A stretch of DNA of 64,000 nucleotides, from NCBI GenBank assembly GCA_964057225.1, contig OZ059899.1, positions 2,356,001-2,420,000 of the forward strand, given 5' to 3'. Shown here piece after piece: positions 15,001-24,715 of this stretch (position 1 is the stretch's first letter; each line of letters opens with the position of its first letter). Origin of the DNA: Auanema rhodensis (taxonomy: Eukaryota; Animalia; Nematoda). The notes beneath the pieces were generated by a model that worked only from the letters and a program-made list of their open reading frames with translations, searched no databases and was not told the DNA's origin. The position numbers and the translations under genes were made by a program.

Positions 15001-18000
15001 CGTTGAATAACATTGTCTATCGTCTTTGCCTTGAAAAATGGAATCTAAAAACATCTACTTTTTGCTAAATTATTTTGAAATTTTTCGAAAAAATTTTTGT
15101 CAAAATGTTTTTGGAAGCAATGTTGAGTGTACATGGAAACTCAACATACACTAATGCATCATTTTTCAAACAATCATAACTAATTTGTGTATTAAGCGTT
15201 TCTTAATGTAGTATAGTGCATTCGATGCGGATTTTTAAGCTGCGTCGATCTGTGTTATCAGATTTGCGCTAGCTTAAAAATGCACCGAGATATCAACTGA
15301 TATAAGTTCACACTTATATCCTCGATTTTCACCCTGAAGAATTGATTTTTTCGTTGAATAACATTGTCTATCGTCTTTGCCTTGAAAAATGGAATCTAAA
15401 AACATCTACTTTTTGCTAAATTATTTTGAAATTTTTCGAAAAAATGTTTGTCAAAATGTTTTTGGAAGCAATGTTGAGTGTACATGGAAACTCAACATAC
15501 ACTAATGCATCATTTTTCAAACAATCATAACTAATTTGTGTATTAAGCGTTTCTCAATGTAGTATAGTGCATTCGATGCGGATTTTTAAGCTGCGTCGAT
15601 CTGTGTTATCAGATTTGCGCTAGCTTAAAAATGCACCGAGATATCAACTGATATAAGTTCACACTTATATCCTCGATTTTCACCCTGAAGAATTGATTTT
15701 TTCGTTGAATAACATTGTCTATCGTCTTTGCCTTGAAAAATGGAATCTAAAAACATCTACTTTTTGCTAAATTATTTTGAAATTTTTCGAAAAAATTTTT
15801 GTCAAAATGTTTTTGGAAGCAATGTTGAGTGTACATGGAAACTCAAGATACACTAATGCATCATTTTTCAAACAATCATAACTAATTTGTGTATTAAGCG
15901 TTTCTTAATGTAGTATAGTGCATTCGATGCGGATTTTTAAGCTGCGTCGATCTGTGTTATCAGATTTGCGCTAGATTAAAAATGCACCGAGATATCAACT
16001 GATATAAGTTCACACTTATATCCTCGATTTTCACCCTGAAGAATTAATTTTTTCGTTGAATAACATTGTCCATCGTCTTTGCCTTAAAAAAAGGAATCTA
16101 AAAACATCTACTTTTTGCTAAATTATTTTGAAATTTTTCGAAAAAATTTTTGTCAAAATGTTTTTGGAAGCAATGTTGAGTGTACATGGAAACTCAACAT
16201 ACACTAATGCATCATTTTTCAAACGATCATAACTAATTTTTGTATCAAGCGTTTCTCAATGTAGTATAGTGCATTCGATGCGGATTTTTAAGCTGCGTCG
16301 ATCTGTGTTATCAGATTTGCGCTAGCTTAAAAATGCACCGAGATATCAACTGATATAAGTTCACACTTATATCCTCGATTTTCACCCTGAAGAATTAATT
16401 TTTTCGTTGAATAACATTGTCTATCGTCTTTGTCTTGAAAAATGGAATCTAAAAACATCTACTTTTTGCTAAATTATTTTGAAATTTTTCGAAAAAATAT
16501 TTGTCAAAATGTTTTTGGAAGCAATGTTGAGTGTACATGGAAACTCAACATACACTAATGCATCATTTTTCAAACGATCATAACTAATTTTTGTATCAAG
16601 CGTTTCTCGATGTAGTATAGTGCATTCGATGCGGATTTTTAAGCTGCGTCGATCTGTGTTATCAGATTTGCGCTAGCTTAAAAATGCACCGAGATATCAA
16701 CTGATATAAGTTCACACTTATATCCTCGATTTTCACCCTGAAGAATTAATTTTTTCGTTGAATAACATTGTCCATCGTCTTTGCCTGAAAAAAAGGAATC
16801 TAAAAACATCTACTTTTTGCTAAATTATTTTGAAATTTTTCGAAAAAATTTTGGTCAAAATGTTTTTGGAAGCAATGTTGAGTGTACATGGAAACTCAAC
16901 ATACACTAATGCATCATTTTTCAAACGATCATAACTAATTTTTGTATCAAGCGTTTCTCAATGTAGTATAGTGCATTCGATGCGGATTTTTAAGCTGCGT
17001 CGATCTGTGTTATCAGATTTGCGCTAGCTTAAAAATGCACCGAGATATCAACTGATATAAGTTCACACTTATATCCTCGATTTTCACCCTGAAGAATTAA
17101 TTTTTTCGTTGAATAACATTGTCCATCGTCTTTGCCTTAAAAAAAGGAATCTAAAAACATCTACTTTTTGCTAAATTATTTTGAAATTTTTCGAAAAAAT
17201 TTTTGTCAAAATGTTTTTGGAAGCAATGTTGAGTGTACATGGAAACTCAACATACACTAATGCATCATTTTTCAAACGATCATAACTAATTTTTGTATCA
17301 AGCGTTTCTCAATGTAGTATAGTGCATTCGATGCGGATTTTTAAGCTGCGTCGATCTGTGTTATCAGATTTGCGCTAGCTTAAAAATGCACCGAGATATC
17401 AACTGATATAAGTTCACACTTATATCCTCGATTTTCACCCTGAAGAATTAATTTTTTCGTTGAATAACATTGTCCATCGTCTTTGCCTTAAAAAAAGGAA
17501 TCTAAAAACATCTACTTTTTGCTAAATTATTTTGAAATTTTTCGAAAAAATTTTTGTCAAAATGTTTTTGGAAGCAATGTTGAGTGTACATGGAAACTCA
17601 ACATACACTAATGCATCATTTTTCAAACGATCATAACTAATTTTTGTATCAAGCGTTTCTCAATGTAGTATAGTGCATTCGATGCGGATTTTTAAGCTGC
17701 GTCGATCTGTGTTATCAGATTTGCGCTAGCTTAAAAATGCACCGAGATATCAACTGATATAAGTTCACACTTATATCCTCGATTTTCACCCTGAAGAATT
17801 GATTTTTTCGTTGAATAACATTGTCTATCGTCTTTGCCTTGAAAAATGGAATCTAAAAACATCTACTTTTTGCTAAATTATTTTGAAATTTTTGGAAAAA
17901 ATTTTTGTCAAAATGTTTTTGGAAGCAATGTTGAGTGTACATGGAAACTCAACATACACTAATGCATCATTTTTCAAACAATCATAACTAATTTGTGTAT

Positions 18001-21000
18001 TAAGCGTTTCTTAATGTAGTATAGTGCATTCGATGCGGATTTTTAAGCTGCGTCGATCTGTGTTATCAGATTTGCGCTAGATTAAAAATGCACCGAGATA
18101 TCAACTGATATAAGTTCACACTTATATCCTCGATTTTCACCCTGAAGAATTAATTTTTTCGTTGAATAACATTGTCCATCGTCTTTGCCTTAAAAAAAGG
18201 AATCTAAAAACATCTACTTTTTGCTAAATTATTTTGAAATTTTTCGAAAAAATTTTTGTCAAAATGTTTTTGGAAGCAATGTTGAGTGTACATGGAAACT
18301 CAACATACACTAATGCATCATTTTTCAAACGATCATAACTAATTTTTGTATCAAGCGTTTCTCAATGTAGTATAGTGCATTCGATGCGGATTTTTAAGCT
18401 GCGTCGATCTGTGTTATCAGATTTGCGCTAGCTTAAAAATGCACCGAGATATCAACTGATATAAGTTCACACTTATATCCTCGATTTTCACCCTGAAGAA
18501 TTAATTTTTTCGTTGAATAACATTGTCTATCGTCTTTGTCTTGAAAAATGGAATCTAAAAACATCTACTTTTTGCTAAATTATTTTGAAATTTTTCGAAA
18601 AAATATTTGTCAAAATGTTTTTGGAAGCAATGTTGAGTGTACATGGAAACTCAACATACACTAATGCATCATTTTTCAAACGATCATAACTAATTTTTGT
18701 ATCAAGCGTTTCTCGATGTAGTATAGTGCATTCGATGCGGATTTTTAAGCTGCGTCGATCTGTGTTATCAGATTTGCGCTAGCTTAAAAATGCACCGAGA
18801 TATCAACTGATATAAGTTCACACTTATATCCTCGATTTTCACCCTGAAGAATTAATTTTTTCGTTGAATAACATTGTCCATCGTCTTTGCCTGAAAAAAA
18901 GGAATCTAAAAACATCTACTTTTTGCTAAATTATTTTGAAATTTTTCGAAAAAATTTTTGTCAAAATGTTTTTGGAAGCAATGTTGAGTGTACATGGAAA
19001 CTCAACATACACTAATGCATCATTTTTCAAACGATCATAACTAATTTTTGTATCAAGCGTTTCTCAATGTAGTATAGTGCATTCGATGCGGATTTTTAAG
19101 CTGCGTCGATCTGTGTTATCAGATTTGCGCTAGCTTAAAAATGCACCGAGATATCAACTGATATAAGTTCACACTTATATCCTCGATTTTCACCCTGAAG
19201 AATTAATTTTTTCGTTGAATAACATTGTCTATCGTCTTTGTCTTGAAAAATGGAATCTAAAAACATCTACTTTTTGCTAAATTATTTTGAAATTTTTCGA
19301 AAAAATATTTGTCAAAATGTTTTTGGAAGCAATGTTGAGTGTACATGGAAACTCAACATACACTAATGCATCATTTTTCAAACGATCATAACTAATTTTT
19401 GTATCAAGCGTTTCTCGATGTAGTATAGTGCATTCGATGCGGATTTTTAAGCTGCGTCGATCTGTGTTATCAGATTTGCGCTAGCTTAAAAATGCACCGA
19501 GATATCAACTGATATAAGTTCACACTTATATCCTCGATTTTCACCCTGAAGAATTAATTTTTTCGTTGAATAACATTGTCCATCGTCTTTGCCTGAAAAA
19601 AAGGAATCTAAAAACATCTACTTTTTGCTAAATTATTTTGAAATTTTTCGAAAAAATTTTGGTCAAAATGTTTTTGGAAGCAATGTTGAGTGTACATGGA
19701 AACTCAACATACACTAATGCATCATTTTTCAAACGATCATAACTAATTTTTGTATCAGGCGTTTCTCAATGTAGTATAGTGCATTCGATGCGGATTTTTA
19801 AGCTGCGTCGATCTGTGTTATCAGATTTGCGCTAGCTTAAAAATGCACCGAGATATCAACTGATATAAGTTCACACTTATATCCTCGATTTTCACCCTGA
19901 AGAATTAATTTTTTCGTTGAATAACATTGTCCATCGTCTTTGCCTTAAAAAAAGGAATCTAAAAACATCTACTTTTTGCTAAATTATTTTGAAATTTTTC
20001 GAAAAAATTTTTGTCAAAATGTTTTTGGAAGCAATGTTGAGTGTACATGGAAACTCAACATACACTAATGCATCATTTTTCAAACGATCATAACTAATTT
20101 TTGTATCAAGCGTTTCTCAATGTAGTATAGTGCATTCGATGCGGATTTTTAAGCTGCGTCGATCTGTGTTATCAGATTTGCGCTAGCTTAAAAATGCACC
20201 GAGATATCAACTGATATAAGTTCACACTTATATCCTCGATTTTCACCCTGAAGAATTAATTTTTTCGTTGAATAACATTGTCCATCGTCTTTGCCTTAAA
20301 AAAAGGAATCTAAAAACATCTACTTTTTGCTAAATTATTTTGAAATTTTTCGAAAAAATTTTTGTCAAAATGTTTTTGGAAGCAATGTTGAGTGTACATG
20401 GAAACTCAACATACACTAATGCATCATTTTTCAAACGATCATAACTAATTTTTGTATCAAGCGTTTCTCAATGTAGTATAGTGCATTCGATGCGGATTTT
20501 TAAGCTGCGTCGATCTGTGTTATCAGATTTGCGCTAGCTTAAAAATGCACCGAGATATCAACTGATATAAGTTCACACTTATATCCTCGATTTTCACCCT
20601 GAAGAATTGATTTTTTCGTTGAATAACATTGTCTATCGTCTTTGCCTTGAAAAATGGAATCTAAAAACATCTACTTTTTGCTAAATTATTTTGAAATTTT
20701 TGGAAAAAATTTTTGTCAAAATGTTTTTGGAAGCAATGTTGAGTGTACATGGAAACTCAACATACACTAATGCATCATTTTTCAAACAATCATAACTAAT
20801 TTGTGTATTAAGCGTTTCTTAATGTAGTATAGTGCATTCGATGCGGATTTTTAAGCTGCGTCGATCTGTGTTATCAGATTTGCGCTAGATTAAAAATGCA
20901 CCGAGATATCAACTGATATAAGTTCACACTTATATCCTCGATTTGCACCCTGAAGAATTAATTTTTTCGTTGAATAACATTGTCCATCGTCTTTGCCTTA

Positions 21001-21073
21001 AAAAAAGGAATCTAAAAACATCTACTTTTTGCTAAATTATTTTGAAATTTTTCGAAAAAATTTTTGTCAAAAT
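1..21073. repeat. 351-bp tandem satellite array, left block (~60 monomers, runs off window start)
   Basis: CAAAATGTTTTTGGAAGC recurs at 10, 361, 712 and onward (period 351); monomers differ by a few recurrent substitutions and rare 1-bp indels; no ORFs in the track. Confidence 0.99.
1527..4489. repeat. 4-monomer higher-order duplication (period 1,404 bp)
   Basis: GCTAGGTT 1937/3341, GTCTTTCG ~2033/3437, TAGTTTAG ~2930/4334. Confidence 0.8.
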
Positions 21074-21451
21074 AATCAAAGAACGAAAAATAAAAAGAGA
21101 AAGATTTATTAAAGAAAACAAAAAAAAATACAAAAAAATTCAAGAGAAAATTCCAAACTGAAAAAAATATAAAAAAATTCCTTATCACAATAATTTTAGG
21201 ACAAAAACAACTAAATATTGTTTTAATCAGATTACGGTAGTTGATTATCAACAGTTCACTGTTTACCAACAATCTCTAAATGGAGCGCGATTACTATGGA
21301 TTGTTTTATCAATGGGTCATTTTATTCAAATTATTCATTTTATTTAATTTTTTGATGAATAATTGTTATCTTAATATTTTATATAAATTATATTATATAT
21401 TTATCTTCATTTATACTATTCATTTTAGTATCTATAGCCATATTCTTGACA
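21074..21451 (-). repeat. 3' LTR, copy 1 (378 bp)
   Basis: Direct repeat of 24337-24714; minus strand reads TGTCAAGAA...CTTTGATT. Confidence 0.95.
21105..21110 (-). terminator. Candidate polyadenylation signal AATAAA in the LTR, followed by a T-rich tract
   Basis: Minus strand TCTTTAATAAATCTTTCTCTTTTT, 31 bp from the LTR end; other AATAAA occur in this AT-rich LTR, so the assignment is positional. Confidence 0.55.
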
Positions 21452-21464
21452 TCCCCGGCCTCTC
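21452..21464 (-). promoter_or_regulatory. Polypurine tract (also 32852-32864, 38249-38261)
   Basis: Minus strand GAGAGGCCGGGGA directly before the TGTCAA start of the 3' LTR. Confidence 0.8.
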
Positions 21465-21596
21465 AAATTTCTCGTCCCGAGAAAAAATTCTTCTTATTAC
21501 TATTTATTCAATAGTTTAACAGTTTCATTAAAAACAATAATAAAAATAAACATTTACAACATACATGAGAAAATTTAAATTTCAACAAGAAATTAG

Positions 21597-23906
21597 TTAT
21601 GGTGCTGTTTTTTTAAACTGTTGTTGAGGCTTATGGGTTTTGTGCATCTCATTCAGTGCAGTCAGCTTTTCAGTCCAATTCTCGGACTCCCATTTACCGA
21701 CAATCTCTCCTTTCGTTATCGTGGTTGGCTGGCATGTCATGTTAGCCACAATCACTGTAGTGGAACTATTGGTGTCCACTTTACATATTCCCGTGGGTAT
21801 ATCACTCCTATGGGATACCAGTAAGCTATCTTTCTGCTCGTCACATGAGATTTGTAGCGTTCTACTTTTATTCGCAGGTATATAAACTCTCTGTAAGGCT
21901 ATGGCCTCTTTTCTATAAAACTTCAAAGATATGCCCAAATCTTTCAGGGCATTCGTACCAATAAGTATAGAATCATCTCTACTTTTTCTCACCAAAAAAC
22001 ATACTTGTGCAGTTTTTTTACTTTCTGAGCAATAAACTTCACAGCTTATTGCTCCAACAAAATTCATTCGCGTACCCGAGGCATTCGCTATGAACTTATC
22101 TCCATTCCAAGGAAGTTGAGTTACACTTCTATCTAAGTCAACCCCTTCATTCATCAAATTAACTAGAGCTTGTGACGACATCACTGATATTTGTGATCCC
22201 GTGTCAATAAGAACTTTTTTATTTCTCATACTGCAGATTAACATAGGTAGTAAACTCTGCTCACCAATCAATTTTGCATCATAGCTGTTGTTGCATGTTT
22301 TGATAGTTTTGTTCCATGCAACAGCTTGCTTATTCATAACAGAACCCATATTGTTCTGTTCTTCTTCAATTCTTTTAGAATTGTCTGATGGTCGTTTTCT
22401 CTCAGCACAATGTGTTGCTATATGACCACTTCTGTTACATATGTAACAAATAACTTCTTTTCTCTGTGGAAAATTACGAACCTTTTCAGTTACGTAACTG
22501 CCACGATTGGTCATGTGTTGACCACTAGCAGTATTATTCTGCTTCAAAAATCTCAGCCTGGGCAGGTTTACTTCAGGTATTCTGTCCTTTCTATGCTGAT
22601 TGTAGTGAATGCGCTTATTTCTTTCACAACGTAAAGCGACCTCTTTCACCTTCTCATACACCTCCCCTTCTTCACTAGTCTCTATTGTCTCAAGTACTTG
22701 TAATGCACAAGTACATTCTCTGAGTACCTCATACAAGACTTGAGCTCTTGTGAACGATAACTTTGACATAGACAATCCGGGGTAAGCCTTCCTAGAAGTT
22801 TCTTCTAGTTTCTTACAAAAGCTTATTAGATTGCTATTGTTGTCAAACTTCAAAGATTTAAGAGCAGCTATGGCATCTAACCTACTTGCTCTCTTAGAAT
22901 ACTCATGTTGCTTATTCAGTTCCTCTATTATTTTGTCGAGCGAACTGTTTCTGATTATTTCAGGCAACTCATCATACCTATCTCTCGCCTCTCCTCTTAA
23001 TTTTTCTACAAACAGCGTTCTGCGGCCGCTTGCCGACCACGTGCTTTTTGGGTATTTCAGGTGAAACCCTTCTACAAAATGGTTCCATTTCTCGAACGAC
23101 CCACTCGAAAAACTTGGAACATCAGGCAGCAATTGCGCTCGCATTATGTCCAAAAACGCTTCATTCTGCGCGCTGAGTCCATTAAAAGGCAAAGATGACT
23201 CACCCTTGGAGTCTAATCCCTCTTTTTTTTCCTGTTCCTGTTGAACATCCGTCAACCATTTCTGAGTTGTTCCTAACTCCTTCTGTCGATGCAACTGTAA
23301 AATATATTCAATTTCAGAATTTTCCTCTTCTATTTTACCTGCTGCTTTGTCATCAATCATCATATCCGCCATAGCTAATTGCGCTTGGCTCTCGATAGCT
23401 GCTGATCTCTGCAAATTAAAACTATTAAATATTTCATGCTTCAAAGATTTTTTATCACATTTGAAAAAATCGCATAAATCTTTCATAGTACTATTAATGG
23501 CCCTCATCTCGTCCACTATCTCACTTTCATTGAGTTGGAAAATCTCACAAATGAATTTAGTTGTTTCCGCTCGTTTATCAGCTAACTTCAGAGTATTACC
23601 CAACTCTGAAGGCTTTTTGAGCCCACTCTTGTTCATTACTGTAATAATGGACTGGATAAATCTCCAATTTTGCCCTTTTCGCAATTCACTAGCTAAATTT
23701 TGCTTTATTGAGTTTATCAAATTAGCAACTTTCTGCTCTGCTCTCCTTTTCTCAGCAGAATTCCTGATTTTTTCCGTAAAATCTTTACGTAAACAATCAT
23801 TCAACGGCTCTATAGCCGATAATATTTCAGAGATGAATGAATTCAACATTACCTCTTCAAATGCGCTCTCGAAGTCCATATCGAGCAATTCATTCACAAA
23901 TGACAT
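21597..23906 (-). CDS. gag: Gag-aspartic protease polyprotein, 769 aa
   Basis: Zinc knuckle CYICNRSGHIATHC (CX2CX4HX4C, 22407-22448); retropepsin VLIDTGSQISV (DTG at 22197-22205) and ILIGTNAL; capsid-like FVEGF...LRGEARDRY segment. The ORF track start at 23975 is TTG; the first ATG downstream of the PBS is 23906. Confidence 0.92.
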   Translation of the reverse strand: MSFVNELLDMDFESAFEEVMLNSFISEILSAIEPLNDCLRKDFTEKIRNSAEKRRAEQKVANLINSIKQNLASELRKGQNWRFIQSIITVMNKSGLKKPSELGNTLKLADKRAETTKFICEIFQLNESEIVDEMRAINSTMKDLCDFFKCDKKSLKHEIFNSFNLQRSAAIESQAQLAMADMMIDDKAAGKIEEENSEIEYILQLHRQKELGTTQKWLTDVQQEQEKKEGLDSKGESSLPFNGLSAQNEAFLDIMRAQLLPDVPSFSSGSFEKWNHFVEGFHLKYPKSTWSASGRRTLFVEKLRGEARDRYDELPEIIRNSSLDKIIEELNKQHEYSKRASRLDAIAALKSLKFDNNSNLISFCKKLEETSRKAYPGLSMSKLSFTRAQVLYEVLRECTCALQVLETIETSEEGEVYEKVKEVALRCERNKRIHYNQHRKDRIPEVNLPRLRFLKQNNTASGQHMTNRGSYVTEKVRNFPQRKEVICYICNRSGHIATHCAERKRPSDNSKRIEEEQNNMGSVMNKQAVAWNKTIKTCNNSYDAKLIGEQSLLPMLICSMRNKKVLIDTGSQISVMSSQALVNLMNEGVDLDRSVTQLPWNGDKFIANASGTRMNFVGAISCEVYCSESKKTAQVCFLVRKSRDDSILIGTNALKDLGISLKFYRKEAIALQRVYIPANKSRTLQISCDEQKDSLLVSHRSDIPTGICKVDTNSSTTVIVANMTCQPTTITKGEIVGKWESENWTEKLTALNEMHKTHKPQQQFKKTAP

Positions 23907-24321
23907 TTCACCTATCAATGAAAAAAAATTACTAGAAGTTTCCTCTACTAATTTATTGCTATTTGAAAGAATCAAACAAGCACTTATATCAAGAAAATTG
24001 AATTTACTTGATATTAGTTACTACTACCCAAGTTCTGAATGTAGTTCACAGCGGAAGAAATCAGAAAAAGTGTTTAAAAGAAAACACTTTAACCAAAAAC
24101 AACCGTACAACAATATACCAAGAGACACTGTTGTTACCAACACTGTCAAATGATAATTGTTCTGTAAACTTCACTTTTATTCGGCAAATACCAAACAAAA
24201 TTGAATGAATACAAACAGAACCCTATTCAGGTAGCAGTGACTTTTTCACCAAACTCTATTCGAGCTTTCAAACAGGGTTATATGAGCAATTAGCTCAACC
24301 CAAACAATAAAATAGTGAAGA

Positions 24322-24336
24322 CCGGTTCGGCCCCCA
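24322..24336 (-). promoter_or_regulatory. Primer-binding site, probably tRNA-Pro (also 28922-28936, 35722-35736, 41119-41133)
   Basis: Minus strand TGGGGGCCGAACCGG directly after the 5' LTR; complementary to CCGGTTCGGCCCCCA, which I recognise from memory as the 3' end of Caenorhabditis-type tRNA-Pro. Confidence 0.88.
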
Positions 24337-24714
24337 AATCAAAGAACGAAAAATAAAAAGAGAAAGATTTATTAAAGAAAACAAAAAAAAATACAAAAAA
24401 ATTCAAGAGAAAATTCCAAACTGAAAAAAATATAAAAAAATTCCTTATCACAATAATTTTAGGACAAAAACAACTAAATATTGTTTTAATCAGATTACGG
24501 TAGTTGATTATCAACAGTTCACTGTTTACCAACAATCTCTAAATGGAGCGCGATTACTATGGATTGTTTTATCAATGGGTCATTTTATTCAAATTATTCA
24601 TTTTATTTAATTTTTTGATGAATAATTGTTATCTTAATATTTTATATAAATTATATTATATATTTATCTTCATTTATACTATTCATTTTAGTATCTATAG
24701 CCATATTCTTGACA
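24337..24714 (-). repeat. 5' LTR, copy 1 (378 bp)
   Basis: Followed immediately on the minus strand by the PBS. Confidence 0.95.
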
Positions 24715-24715
24715 C

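Larger units (their letters stand above)
21074..24714 (-). mobile_element. Non-autonomous Ty3/gypsy-like LTR retrotransposon (gag-protease only), copy 1, complete, 3,641 bp
   Basis: 378-bp direct terminal repeats, PBS abutting the 5' LTR, PPT abutting the 3' LTR, single ORF with CCHC knuckle and DTG protease; no room for RT/RNase H/IN. Confidence 0.95.

Noticed and set aside
21012-21519. 79-86-aa ORFs overlapping LTRs and other short plus-strand ORFs within gag
   Set aside because: Low-complexity Phe/Ile/Tyr translations of AT-rich LTR sequence that cross LTR boundaries into different flanks, or antisense shadows of gag.
23907-23975. ORF-track N-terminus MILSNSNK...
   Set aside because: Begins at TTG; in a eukaryote the first AUG (23906) is the likelier start.
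23981-23990. CACTTATATC shared between the element leader and the satellite
   Set aside because: Only 10 bp in AT-rich sequence and not at any junction; compatible with chance.
23347-24153. 268-aa plus-strand ORF antisense to gag (and copies at 27947, 34747, 40144)
   Set aside because: Starts at TTG (first ATG only at 23551), is Ser/Leu/Phe-rich as expected of a shadow of Glu/Lys-rich gag, and has no motifs; recurrence reflects DNA duplication only.
21074-24714. DIRS/tyrosine-recombinase element as the explanation for the missing TSD
   Set aside because: Plain direct LTRs, a tRNA PBS, a PPT and an aspartic protease are LTR-class features; there is no recombinase ORF or split repeat.
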